Shown: positions 1-13,185, counted from the stretch's first letter. The stretch is 64,000 nucleotides of DNA from Camelus ferus (GCF_009834535.1 NC_045697.1:28212001-28276000), one strand, 5' to 3'. Translations and numbers: made by a program. The notes: generated from the sequence alone by a model not told the origin.

Positions 1-230
1 GGAAATTCTATGTTTAGAATGATGCCATTTATATGAAATACCCAAAATAGTCAAATTCATAGAGACAACCAGGGTCTGCGAGGAAGAGGGAATAGGGGAT
101 GAACACGGGTTTTCCTTCTGGGGTGATGAAACTGTTCTAGAACTAATTAATGGTGTGGTTACACAACTTGACGAAAGTACTAAATGTCACTTATGGTCAA
201 TTGAGTGCATATTTTACAACAATAAAAAGT
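1..230 (+). mobile_element. Old L1 (L1MB/L1MC-like) 3' end fragment
   Basis: ccatttatatgaaat..ttctggggtgatgaaactgttctagaac..aataaaaa typical of L1M 3'UTR. Confidence 0.75.
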
Positions 231-2779
231 TTTACTAGGTACATTACAAATTGTTATTTAAATGTCATAGCAATATATATAACTAGGAGTAAAACTCTGC
301 ATTTATATACATTCCAAGGAGAATTTTTAAAAGTGTAATTTGCAAGTAAACAGATGTTTTAAAAATCTGACAGAAAGGCTCTTTAGATTTTAATTCTGGT
401 CTAAGAAGAGAGTGAGAAACAATGACAAACCTAAGGGGAAAGTTTGATTGGCAGCTCTTCCCCAATGCTTGGTACACAACTGGCATTCCATAAATGTTTG
501 TTGAAAGTCAAGACCAGTATCTTTTCATAAACTCTGTATAATGTTTGAAATTGTCGATAATATCTTAATTCTTACTCAGGAACAAACATTCAGTAAAATG
601 ATATATAATTTTACTATGAACTAGATTATAAATTCCCATGGAATATTTTCATTCTATTTTACTTTTTCAATTGGAGTAAAACAAAAATCAAATGCCATGA
701 GAAGTTAAAGCCTAGTTTTGGCATTTCCTCCCTCTGGATCTCAGATACCTTTATCTTTGTAAGACTGCACCGTCTGATGGGAGACTCCCCCATCAGAGAC
801 TCTGTCCTTACGACTAAGGACTGAGAAAGTATGATGTTTATTTTTTATCTTCTCCGGGGCCTCAGCGACTCTGGTATCTCGTGAATTGCTTAAAGATGTG
901 CGGTATTGATTGATGTAGGTATCAGCATCGTGACCAGACTTTACCGCCACCCTATTTTCCCCCAGCCCTGGGTAATTATTTCCTTTGGGCTAATGAGGTG
1001 CATCTAGAGAGGGAAGCCAGGGAAGCTTGGGAACCATATTCAGTGCCCTAGGTCTCTGCCCAGGCTGGTTGGTTTCATTTGATGAGATTTCTTTTGGATT
1101 AAAAAAAAATTATATTTAATTGATGTGTTTTAAAGTAGCTTTATATTAGTGAGTGACTAATACTAGTATAATGTTTGTGCCTTTAAAATAACTAAGGTAA
1201 GCTGGGAAGGCACACAGTGACTCAGTGACCATTTGATTGTGCTAAATGGTAGCATGCTCAGGGTATTAAAGTTACCATGAGTATACTATGTTTCAAAACT
1301 ATTGACTGTTTATTTTATTTTTCTGAATAAATTCTCAGAAAATTCTATTGTCACTTCTAAAAAAAAGTAAACATTCTACTTGAAATTAAAAAATAGAATC
1401 AACTAAATTTTAAAAATAGTTTTCCTTAAAGTTATGCATCTTTATAAATCTGAAATACATGGTAAACTGGGCAGTTCAAAAGTGACATTGATGGGGTAAA
1501 TTCTGTGGAAGGAAAGAAGTCCTTGCTTAGTGGTGGCTGAAGCCATGAGGTTAGAAGCTGTCATTCAAGAGCTGTCTGGGTCAGGGACAGAAGAGCTGCT
1601 GCACTGCATGTGAACTTCAGAGAAAGAAAATGCTGGGAAATAAGTTTAGCAAAAGCTGACCTACTTATCTGTCTGATTCTGTATCAGAAACTCAGCAGCA
1701 GAGCTACAGAGAAGGACTGAGGGAGTTAGTTAATCCAGTGGAGAATTCATTTATCTCAGAAACTTTCTGATCAATAAGGCATTGAGCAAATCAGTCGGGA
1801 GACTAAACTCTTACACGATAATAGATCATAACACAAAGGAGGAGAAAGAATGTTAGTTTCTTAAGGGCATGTACTGGGGTGTATTACTGTGTTCCCTGCA
1901 GCACTTAGCGTGTGGTCTACTGTTAAACCTTCGCGTAATAGGCTCTTGCTAATTACTTGTTGAATATAAATATCAAGTAGACTAGGTCCCTGAGGTAAAA
2001 CACCTCAGAGGTATTGGAACCTAGGTTTACAGTCAGGCAGATTCTGAATCTCAGAACAACAACAACACATTATGAGATTTCTTTGTTCACATATGGAGGT
2101 GGGTGAAGGTAAAATTAGAAGAGGGGTGCAAAGCACTAGCATGGACATGGAAAACCAGAATATGTTCAGGAAGTAAGGAGCAGCCCTGGTGAGCTGACTG
2201 CAGCATCAGATACGTGCAGAGGAGTCGAGGGAAGTGTCAGCTAATTTATTGTTTTATTCAAATTAAGGATGACACTTACCCTTCTATCTGTGCATGACTC
2301 TAAAATAACATGGAGAAGCCCCAGATGGTCATAATAACGGCCAGAGATGCAGTCTGCACACAGGCCACCGTCTACTCCCTCCCCTGCTCTTCCCTCTGAC
2401 TTTATTTAAACAGCCATATGGACCACTTAAATAGCTAAAGTATGTTAACTAAATGATCTATTTTCTCTTCTCCCAGCAAGATTATGACAGATTTTCAAAT
2501 GTCACAGGCATTTTACCCAATATTTGGGTGGTAGGAAATGTTTATAATAATTTCTCTGCATTATATAAATTCTTCATAATAAGAAATCGTCATTGTGAAG
2601 ATGGTACTAGATGATTGTTTAGGTCCCTTTCAGCTCCAGTAGTCAGTAATGCAGGTTGAGTATCATCTGACCCTGTCTTGACATTGGTACCCACCAGATA
2701 TAACATCTTGGGATTTCCATCCCAGACGGAATCCAGAATGCTACAAAAGTTATCCATCCCCCATTGCTTGAACTACCTA

Positions 2780-2910
2780 GTCCAGTGATTCTCAACCATG
2801 GCGTCATGTTAGGATTACTTGAAGAACTCTTAAAATACCTAAATGCCTGGACTCTACCCCAGATATGGGCATGTCAGCCCCAGCTGGAACCCAGGTGATT
2901 ATGTGCATCC
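2780..2910. mobile_element. MER5-like hAT MITE
   Basis: cagtgattctcaacc..aatgcctggactctaccccaga. Confidence 0.6.
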
Positions 2911-3019
2911 ATACCAAGAAACATTCCTTTTTGAAGGCCAAAATTAAGAGAAAAGTAGCCAATTCAAGGTTACACTTCAGCATCTAGGTCAAAAGAGTAA
3001 AGGTGGAGAAACTACAGGT

Positions 3020-3222
3020 CTGAGGTAAGCACACTGCAGGCCATAGGCCGAATCTGTCTGCTGTTCATTTTTGTAAATAAAGTTTCAGTGGACACAGACA
3101 CGCCAGTTTGTTTGAATATTGTCTCTTGCTGCTTTTCTGCTATGACAACCTAGTTGAGCAGTTGTGAAAGAAACCATATCTTTCTCTTGATGTTTACAGA
3201 AGAAGTCTGCCAACCTGTGCCT
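3020..3222. mobile_element. MER58A-like hAT-Charlie MITE
   Basis: ggccgaatctg..tttttgtaaataaagttt..tttacagaagaagtctgccaacc. Confidence 0.75.
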
Positions 3223-3915
3223 CGAGGAGCAGTCTTCATCACCTAGGAAATGAGGCCTCTGAGGATGGAAATGAGGAAAATAATTACCTAGCAAAGAAAA
3301 CGGTAAACCAAGGTGGAACTCCCAACATCAAGAAAGGGATTGAAAAAAGACAGAGCGAGGATGAAAGGCTGAGGAACAAGGCCTTGAGCTCGGCCTGTCA
3401 GGCCTCCCCACCAAGTCTCTAAGAAAGTCTACTCTGGGCCTGAAGGCAATTAGAGCCTTTCTCAGGTGTTGAAGCGTCTGAATGAAATTGGGCTAAAAGC
3501 TCATGTTTTATTCAGTTGCCTCCACCTTGGTAATTTGTTGAATATATAGGGAGGTTGAGTCCCCTTGATTATGTAGTGGACAGTGTGCTGAGCACTTTGT
3601 ATATGTTAATACATTTCATCTTTACAATAGCCCGATGAAGTAGATATGATTATTCCCACTTAACGCTGTCGAAACTAGCTAGTAAATAATAGAGCAAAAT
3701 TAAAAAACCAACCAGACATGTATGACCTTAGAGCCTTTAAAAAAAATCTTTGCAGGATTGCCACATGGAGGTGAATTTTAGCTGTCTCGATTACATAGGA
3801 TGATACATATTTGATGCCAAAATCAGATATTGTGATAGTGCCCTCGTCACATCTGTGCTACCTGTTAAGTTTTTACTTTTAATGAGTAGGAACAGGCTGG
3901 GTAGTCCTGTATACC

Positions 3916-3917
<2 letters not shown>

Positions 3918-3999
<82 letters not shown>
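3918..3999. repeat. Perfect (AC)41 microsatellite
   Basis: Read directly from sequence. Confidence 0.98.
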
Positions 4000-4001
<2 letters not shown>

Positions 4002-4384
4002 TACTAAGTACCTTTCTGTGGTGAGAGGACAAAAGAAGGGCGTTTTGTAAGGATGGCATATTCAGTGTCCTGGGTACAGAGAAGGATTGTTGTTGTTCAT
4101 AGAGTGAAGAGCAAGGATGCTGAGTAGAGCAGTAATGGATGGAAATGAGAAGAAGAGGCATTAGTAGAAAGTCATAAATCAATTATGAGAAGTTTAGTAT
4201 ATTTTAAGAGAGACAAATGCTTCAAAATTCTAAGGATATGAGGAAGATGCTTCTGTAGCTATGATATATTAGTCAGGGTCCAGTCAGGAGACAGACACCA
4301 CATAATCATTTGAACAGGGAAGTGCTGATATAAAGAATCATGTGCTTTAATAAAGGATTGGACTCATGAAGGATTGGTTATTAA

Positions 4385-4640
4385 GGTCTGGGATTTGATT
4401 CTGCCTATTTGCAAATTAGTAACTTAGCCTGATAATGTTTCATGGATGCTGGCAGAATTCACAAAATTCCTGGATCAGAGACAAGGGGCTTTATTACTGA
4501 AGCACAGAAAGCAGCATGACTATCATCTTTGGGTTAATTCCCCTTGCCTCCCAAGTTCCCTAGAAGCAGCTTGGAGGATCCCAGGTGGGAAGTCCCCTGA
4601 CATGAGGAATCTCCTGCCTTTGGAGTAAATGGTAAACAAC
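4385..4640. mobile_element. LTR fragment (LTR47-like)
   Basis: tttcatggatgctggcagaa..ttcctggatcagagacaaggggctttattact resembles recalled LTR47. Confidence 0.55.
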
Positions 4641-5022
4641 CCTAAATTTAAGCTGTGTCTCAAATTTTAAACTTAATGTGTACTATTTATTACTCCTCCC
4701 ATGATCTGATTCCCTTGTTCAGCCTCAATTAAACTTCAGATTCAGAAGTTCAACAGAGACGTGGAAGTAAATCTCATGTTCTAACAAAAGGTCAACTGAG
4801 AGAGGCAAAGTGATGTTCTCTTCCTTTTCTGCAGGAACTAACAATAACAACAAAACCGGCTCTGGCCATCTTAGACTATGACATAGCAGACTATGGACCT
4901 TTCCTTGGAGAAATGGGAGGGAGAAAAAAAAAGAGCTACTAAGTACTGGAAGGAAAAAAAAATGATTTATAGGGGATATCACAGAGCTGAACAGAGATGG
5001 GGAAAATAAAGAATAGTAGTTC

Positions 5023-5134
5023 GTAGTTCATGAGCGTGATGATTGGGTGCTCATGCACCTGTGTGACATGTGCCTCCCTCGAACCTTGTTACAAGGTTGG
5101 CACATTACCCATCTGACATGAGAAAAAAAAAAAA
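5023..5134 (+). pseudogene. SNORD13: U13 (SNORD13) C/D-box snoRNA retrocopy
   Basis: GTAGTTCATGAGCGTGATGATTGGGTG...GAACCTTGTTAC...GGCACATTACCCATCTGAC matches recalled U13; box C GTGATGA 5036-5042, box D CTGA 5113-5116, A-tail 5123-5134, TSD aaagaatag 5008-5016 / 5132-5140. Confidence 0.9.
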
Positions 5135-5399
5135 GAATAGAGGATGAAATATTAAGATTTACATGGCTTTTGAAAGTAAAAACAATAGAGAATTAATCTA
5201 GTAAAATAAAAACAATAAATAATTTAAATTTCTTTTTTAAAAAATCATTTTCCTTTCCTAATAATGCAATCTAAAGCCATTAGGTGGAGCATGGTAAGGA
5301 TGGCGTCTGCAGTGGTGCTGAGGGAAGTCATGGTGGTCCAGCTTCAAGTATTAGAGTCCAAGTGGGGTGAAGGGGTCATCCTACCGAGGAGAGGGGTGG

Positions 5400-7590
5400 G
5401 CTGGGGTAGGGTGTCAGACCCCAAGCAAGGTAAGGAACGTAACCACACAGGGGGCAGCCTGCATTGGAGAGTCAGAGCCTGAGCAGTGAGGAAGGGGTGT
5501 GTGTGGAGAGGCTGACTCGAGAAAAGCCTAGAGAGGAGTTAGAGCCCAGCAGGGAGGGGTGGGCATCCGGGCAGAGGGGTTGGGGGAAGGGATTAGAGAG
5601 TGTTTGCATACAAGGGTGTGTTACTGAGATTTGTAATAAGAAATAACATATTTGATCTTCCTCCCAGTTTCTAGCACACAGCTCCTGAAATCCTTGGAAT
5701 TTCCTGAGATGAGGTCAATTCGTTGTGTTAATGAGGTGAATTTTGGAAAGCACTAAGGATGGAGATTGGTTGCCAGGAGAACCAACTTAGTGATTAGTCC
5801 CACCTCCCTGACCTCAGGGGAGGGGGAGGGGCTGGAAGTTGAATTAGTTGCAAATGGCTAATGGTCAATGATTTAACCAATTGTGCTTATATGATAAAAC
5901 CTCTATAAAAGCCCAAAAGGATGGTGTTCTGAGAGCTTCCGGGTTGGTGAACAGTTGGAGGCTCGAGGAGAGTGGTGTGATAGGTGAGGGCATGGAAGCT
6001 CTGAACCCTTTCTCCATACCTTGCCCTATGCATCTCTTCCATCTGGTTGTTCCTGAGTTATATCCTTTTATTATAAACCAGTAAGTAAAACATTTCTATG
6101 AGCAACTCCAGCAAATTAATGGAAACCAAGGAGGAGATTGTTGAAACCTTCAATCTATAGCTGGTTGGTCAGAATCACAGGTGACACCGGGACTTAAGAT
6201 TGGTGTCAGGAGTGTCTGGGTGGGTTGGGGAGGGGCAACGGTCTTGTAGGACTGAGTCCTTAACGCTTGGGATCTGATGATATTTCCAGGAAGTGTCAGA
6301 ATTGAGTTAAATTGTTAGGCCACCCAGCTGGTATCGGAGAATTGCTTGGTGGTGTGGAAAAACCCCACAGACATCAGAATTGGTCCCAGAACCATTAAAG
6401 AGGGTTGATCAAGTTAGTGATTATATTAAGGATAATGAAATACTAGAATCTCACTGTTGGAGAAGGGAGTTATAAATACAAACAAGCAAACAAACTAGAA
6501 TGAACCCTGATAGTATTGAATTGGAATTGGACACATCAGTGTGAATTCAGTTTTCAAGAAAGATTTAGATAGATACATAGATAGATAGATAGATAGATAA
6601 ATATTCCCTAGCTGAGTCCACAGAGAGTCTGGGAATAGCAATGACCATACCCTGTACCCAGACCTTGGCTTCTAAATACCATTTTTTACTAAAAGGAATG
6701 AAAGATCCTTGGAAAAATGGCTAGTTCCAGAGATAGGGCAGGGAAAATACAAGGTGAACCTGGAACATATTATTGTGCCAGTGAACAAGGCTGTGCTCAA
6801 AGAATGTTGGGGGCATAGCAAAAGAACATGAAGTCAGCTTCCAGGAGCTTCTACTGGCCAAACTGGAGCCAATTTAAGCATAAAATAGAGTCATGAACTA
6901 TATCCCTTTGAATAAAATAAGAACCCATACAGATATAAAAAAAACATACAAACAAATTTTGATATGGGACAAGTTACTTATATAGTTTTAAAATATCTCC
7001 CCCCAAATATTCATTTATTACAAAGGGCAAAGAATAACTTTACAGTTGAGAAGTCTGGCAGATACGGCTTTAATCAAATGATCAAAGTGAACATCATCAG
7101 AGTGGGACAAATCAAAATCTTACATCACATGATAAGATGGGGTGAGACGAACACAGCATCACTTCTGTGACATTCCTGCCAAAGATGCACAATCTGTATC
7201 TAATCATGAGGAAATATCAGACAAAGTAAAACTGAGAGTCATTCTACAGAGAGTAGCCTGGAATTTTTAAACATGTTGAGGCATGAAAGTTAAGATTGAG
7301 CAGCTGATTGAAGACTAAAGAAACATGACAGTTAAATGCAGATTAACTAGATTGAATTCTTTCACTGTAAGGGACGTTATAGAGACAACTGTCAAAATTT
7401 TTATGGTTCTGTGAATTAGATGATAGCCATGTGTTGATGTTAACTTCTTGGTTTGTATGGTTGTATTGTGGTTTTGTAGATAAGTGTCTTTGTAGTAAAT
7501 ACAAAGTATTCTGGGGTGATGGGCCATCATGCTGGCAACTTAGTTCAGGGAGAAAAAAAGTTACTTTCTGTAACTTTTGATTGTTTCAAA
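5400..7590 (+). mobile_element. L1MC4-like 3' region, interrupted by a MER21 LTR
   Basis: ctcactgttggagaagggagtt.., gcttctaaataccatt..aaaaggaa.., aactttacagttgagaagtctggcaga.. match recalled L1MC 3'UTR; internal (AGAT)n at ~6570-6600. Confidence 0.75.
5619..6394. mobile_element. MER21-family solo LTR
   Basis: TG...CA ends; gcacacagctcctgaaatccttggaatttcctgag, gagaattgcttggtggtgtggaaaaaccccac; similar to the copy at 11545. Confidence 0.8.
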
Positions 7591-8313
7591 ATTTGGTAAT
7601 GTGGTGTTTTAAAAAAAAAAAAAAAGCCCATTTTAGGCTTGACAACACGTTCTCCATGTTCTAAGTGTCCTCCCAGTTTTCCACAAAGCAAATTTCCTGC
7701 CCTCCTCCGGAGTTCCTCAGAATGTCTTTATATCTTCTCTCTCTCTCTCTCTCTTTTTTTTTTTAAATAAAAATTCATATTTATGGTGTGTTTTCAAGAA
7801 AAAACTTGGAAGTCTGCCGCTACTTAATATAATATTCACATCTCTCCATCCTACTACTATGATCTTTCCTATTCTGTTTTTATTTTCCTTAATTTCTTCC
7901 CCTTCCTTTGGCATACTTCTCCTCTGTTCTTTTAGAGAGTTGTCTTCAATCAATTGTTTACCCTTGGAGGACAGGCCGAGAAGTTTTTGAATCACTTATT
8001 TTTGGGACAAGGACTACGCTTTGGTCCCTGCATGCTCATTAGTGAAGACCTAAACACCCAGTTTAACAAAAGATTCAAAGTCTCCAGATACAGTATATTC
8101 TTAGGTATATTCAGAATATAGGCAAGTCACAGCTTCTACCTAAGGCTCTTTATGAGACAAAAAACTTGGATCACGGGATTAACTAGAGCCAATAGTTATT
8201 TTATGACAAGCTTTAATCTGATTTTCAGAAAAGCTAGTTTTGTTTTATCAAGAAAATCACACTAAATGTAAAGATTTAATGTTTGTGCATAAGGTTGTTT
8301 TTTTTAATTAAGC

Positions 8314-8460
8314 TTTTTTTTTTTTTTTTTTTTTGGTTTGATTTTTTTGGGGAGGATGGGGGTAATTAGATTTATTTATTTTAATGGAGGTACTGGAGAT
8401 TTAACCCAGGACCTTGGATATGCTAAGCATGTGCTCTACCACTGAGCTACAACCTCACCC
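8314..8460 (-). mobile_element. tRNA-Ala-derived camelid SINE (vic-1-like)
   Basis: Reverse complement reads gtagctcagtggtagagcacatgcttagcat..cctgggtt..cagtacctcca plus A-rich tail. Confidence 0.85.
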
Positions 8461-9060
8461 TAAAAGTAACCATTTTAAAGCAAACAATTCAGTAGTATTT
8501 AGTACATTAATAATGTTGGGTAACAACCACTTCTGTCTAGTTCCAAAACATTTTCATAAGTCCAAAAGAAAATCCCTTAGTCACTAAGCAGTTACCACCC
8601 CCACCCCCCATTCCTCCTTTTCCAGTCCCTGATAACCAGCTATCTGAATTCTGTCTCTATGGATTTACCAATTCTGGATACTTCGTGTAGAATTATACAT
8701 TTGTAACTCTTTATGTCAGGCTTCTTTTATTAAGCATATTTTTAAGATTCATCCATGTTGTAGCATGAAATGTATCAACACTTCATTCTTTTTATGACTG
8801 GAATAACATTCTGTTGTATGTGTCTATTTCAGTTTGTTCACCCATTCATGGACATTTGGCTTGTTTCTACTTTTTGGCTAACGTGAAAAGTGCTGCTATG
8901 AACATGTGTGTACAAGTATTTGTTTGAATCCCTGTTTTTAATTCTTTGGGGTATATACCTAGGAGTGGGATTGCTGAGTCATATGGTAATTCTACGTTTA
9001 ACTTTTTAAGGAACTGTCAAACTGGTTTCCAAAGCAACAAAGACATTTTGCATTCATGAG
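8461..9060 (-). mobile_element. L1MB-like 3' end
   Basis: ttctgtctctatggatttacc..ggtatatacctaggagtgggattgctgagtcatatggtaattct. Confidence 0.85.
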
Positions 9061-10544
9061 TATAGGTTTTTAAGAGAAGTAGCCATCCAACTTCAGAAAC
9101 AAAACAGGCTTTCCATCTGCTTCCTTGGATTTGGCAAATCTAGAATAAATCAATAGTTCTCACTCTGACTGTACACCACAGAGTTAAAAAAAAAAAAAAA
9201 AAAGAAAGAAAGAAAGAAAATACAGTCTTCATTTCTAGAAATTCTGTTTCAATAAATCTCAGTTGAGCCTGAGCCACCCCAAGTGATCCCCAAGTAGTTT
9301 TAGTGGCAGTTGGGATTCAGAACTAAAATGCGAACTCAGGGGAAGTAGTGCAAAAAATTCCCTCTAGAGAAGAGGAATCATTAAATTGTCATGGACCCAG
9401 AGCTAATTTTAATTTCTTAATTTCCTTGGATATTTGATTCATAGCCATGTATCTGCACATAGAATCATGCTTGACACAGAATTGGACAAAAATAATTGGC
9501 TTAATGTTGAATATTCAATTATATTTTAAGCTTAAAATTAATCATATATAATAGCAATTAATAATTTTTAAACGACATTCATATTTTTAGCTACTGATGT
9601 TAGTTAGGAAACCAAAGGGAAATGTGTTCAATTTAGGATCCCTGATCAAATATTATTTTTGAATACACCATCTTTCCCTAATTATTGTTATGCTTAGTAG
9701 ACTTCCTTTCTCTATAATATTGGTAGGAAATTATTTCTTCAAGTGGCCATCATTTTAAAGTCTAGAAGTATAAATGATAAGTTGGAGGCAAAATATAAGA
9801 TAATCAAACAATACTGGCATTTACTGGAAATGTAGTGTGCAATAAAAACTCTCTATATTTATATCTACTTATTTTAAAATCTGAATTCTACCTAAATTTC
9901 CTAGTTCCTTTTTCTATACTTACTATTAAACATCATTATTTTTTCTCCCCAAGCCCATGCTATTCTCTTTCTCTTCACCTTGGTAGCTCTCCTCTCTCTC
10001 TCTCTTTGAAAAAATATTTTCTGGATATTATAGTAAGTTATGTTACTCATTTTTTCCCTAGTATCATTTTGACAAGCTTCATGCAATTTTTACCAGTTTT
10101 TATAGCAGATTCTGACAAATATTTTTTCATAATGCCATGCTTTTCCAAATAAATTAGTGGTTCCTGAAGACTGCTGTAACACATACTTATTTATGCTTAA
10201 ATAAACAATTAATTATAAGTTGTATAGTTTATATTAAAAAAAATAGCTTTGTGCTCTCTAGAATTACCCCCTCCCATAGGTTGTATAATGGATTGGCTAA
10301 TTCTTCAGGGAATCTCTCTCAACAAGCAGACAACAGATCCTTTCCCAGATGAACAAGCTTAATCATGTTCCTGGTTCTTAAGTTTTAGAATGGGAAGCTG
10401 TTTTTCCCTTTTCTCTCAAATATTATATTACATAAGATTTTGTATTCAGGTGAGGATATATGTATTTCCAAAGGATACAAATATTTCCAGCTAAAAATAT
10501 TTTTTTTATCAATTTTCAAGTTCCAATATAGAAAAATGAAGCTG

Positions 10545-10660
10545 ATAATTATCACTACAATGGTAATCATATTACAATATATAAATGTAGCAAACCAATA
10601 AGTTGTACACCTTAAATTTATACCATGTTGTATGTCAAACATATTTCAATTTTTAAAAAG
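10545..10660 (+). mobile_element. L1MA-like 3' terminal fragment
   Basis: gttgtacaccttaaatttatacc..tgtcaaacatatttcaat. Confidence 0.65.
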
Positions 10661-11199
10661 TGAAGCTGAGAAAGTTAAGTACATTATCTAAGTTACTAAG
10701 TGGTTGTTACTGGGTTCAAATAACCTTGTCTACATCTTCCACTGTACTTCATTACCTCTAAATAGCTTTTGTCCCTTATCTATTGAAATCCTACCTATCC
10801 TGTTAGCCTAATGAGAAAAACAGAACCTTTAAAAACAAGAAACCTAGGCATTAATTGGGATCCCTGATTTATGTAAAATAGTAATACTAAATGCTTCTTG
10901 CAGCCTAAAAATAATAAATTGAAAAGTGACTTTCATAAGGCATATACCAGGAAAAGATTTGTTGCTTTGTAAACTTAATCAACATTAAAAAAATACAGAC
11001 TGTTTTTAGTACAACACGTATGACAAAGGCTTCAAAAAGTCTTTCGTTAGGACTAAGGGTCATTGAGTGGGCAGTATAGTGTATATTATTAAATAATTTG
11101 CAGAAGAGCATGTTAAAGTGGCCCACAAATATTTGAAAAGTTTTCAAATTTATTAGCTCTCAGAGAAATGTAAGTTAAAGTGACAATGAGTATCCTTAT

Positions 11200-12860
11200 G
11201 AAGCAATCTCTTGTGGTTTTGATTTATATTTCCCTGATGACTCATGATGTTGGGCAACTTTGCCTAAGTTTATTAGTCATTCATATATCTTCTTTGGAGA
11301 AAAGTCTATTGAAGTCATTTGCCCATTTTTAATGGGGTTATTTGTTTTTTTATTGTTGTGTTGTAAAACTTCTTTACATATTTTGGATGTAAGTCTCTTA
11401 TCAGATAAATGACTTGCAAATATTTTCTGCCAGTCTATGGGTTGTCTTTTCACTTTCATGATGGTGTCCTCTGGGGGACAAGAGTTTCACATTTTGATAA
11501 AGCCCCATTTATCTATTTTTTTCTTTTGTCATTTGTGGTTTTGATGTTGCAAGATAATAGGAAGTAAATATATTGATCTCTGCCCCTGGTTCCTGGCACA
11601 GAGCTCCTGCAACTTTTGTAATTTCCTGGGCGATAGGAGTGGCTTTTGTTGTAATGAGGTGACTCTGGATGGGCTCCTGGATGGCTCCTGGATGGGGGCT
11701 GGTCACCAGAAAGACTAAGGCATGATTGTAAGCTTGGAATTTTCAGCCTCACCCCATATTCTCTTGAGAAGGGAGAAGGGCTGAAAATGGACTTAATGAT
11801 CTACCATGCCTACGTGATGAAGCCTCCATAATCATCTGGGGTTTACAGAGCTTCCAGGTTGATGAACACACCCCTCATCGGGAGGGTGACACACCCCAAC
11901 TCTGCGAGAATAGAAGTTACTGAGTTCAGAGCCCTCCTAGGCCTTACTTACCCTATGTATCTCTGCATCTATCTGTTCACCTGTATCCTCTAATAAAGTG
12001 GTAAATGTTTCCCTGAGTTCCGTGAGCTGCTCTAGCAAATTATTTGAACCTGAGAAGGAGGCAGTGTGAACCCCTGATTTGTACCAAATCCAACAGAAGT
12101 TGTGTATAACCTGGGGGCCTATTATTCGAAATTGGCATCTGAATTAGGGTGGGACTGAGCTCTTAATCTGTGGGATCTGACACTATCTCCAGGTAGTGTT
12201 AGAATTAAGTCATAGGATACCCAGCTGGTGTGAAAGAGAATTGCTTGGTGTGTGGAAAACCACATACACATTTGGCGACCAGATGTGAAGTGATAGTTTC
12301 TGTATAAATAATAAAAGGAGACAAACGGGAGAGAAAGACAAGGTAGGGAAGAACTGGGTTTTTCTCTACACAGGAGGTGGAAGACTGAGGGTTTTTTCCA
12401 ACTCAGGTGTCATATCCAAGAAATCACTGCTTACACCAAAATCATGATCTTCTATTTTTCCTCTAAGAATTGTATAGTTTTAATCCTTACATTTAGGTCT
12501 TTAATTCATTTAAGTTAATTTTTGTATATTTTGTGAGGTAGGGGGGTCCTACTTCATTTTTTGCATGCATATCCAGTTGTCCCAACACCATTTGTTGAAA
12601 AGACAATTCTTTCCCTCATTGGATTGTCTTGACAACCTTCCTGAAAATCAGTTGGTCACAAGTGCTTATTTTTATTTCTGGACTCTCAAGTCTATTGCAT
12701 TGATCTATATAGCTATCCTTATGCCAGTTTCACACTGTTTTGGTTCCTATAGTTCTGCAGTAAGTTTTGATGTCAAAAAATGTGAGTCCTCCAACTTTGT
12801 TCTTTTTTTTTCAAGTGTTTTGTTTATTCTGGCTCCCTTGGAATTTTAGGATTAGCTTTA
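11200..12860 (-). mobile_element. L1 ORF2 fragment, split by a MER21 LTR
   Basis: Minus ORF 11277-11459 KVKRQPIDWQKIFASHLSDKRLTSKICKE is L1 ORF2-like; L1 text resumes after 12405. Confidence 0.88.
11545..12405. mobile_element. MER21-family solo LTR nested in L1
   Basis: TGTTGCAAG...ACTCA; ctctgcccctggttcctggcacagagctcct..ggatgggggctggtcaccagaaagac. Confidence 0.82.
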
Positions 12861-13124
12861 TTTCTATAGCTGGGAATAGACCCATAACAAGAGATGGAAT
12901 TTGCAACTGAAACAACTTCCCACCCAAAAAAAAAAGTGCTCAATAAGACTAATTGCCTAATATCTCTTAATAAGTTGACTTCTTTCAGTTCCTTATATCT
13001 ATTCTTACTCTATCACTTTACAGTGACCTCTTCTTCTGAGAGAAAACCAATAGTCTTAAAAATAACTACTATGAACCTCTTGAATTGCTTCTCCGTGGTT
13101 TGCAGGACTCTATACTCTCCTGAT

Positions 13125-13138
13125 TTTCTTTCTTTCTC

Positions 13139-13178
<40 letters not shown>

Positions 13179-13185
13179 TCCTTTT
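13125..13185. repeat. (TTTC)n tetranucleotide repeat
   Basis: Read directly from sequence. Confidence 0.9.

Noticed and set aside
772..796. TCTGATGGG..CCCATCAGA 9-bp hairpin
   Set aside because: Short and isolated; expected by chance in 64 kb
3791..4182. Poly-CV ORFs
   Set aside because: Translation of the (AC)n microsatellite
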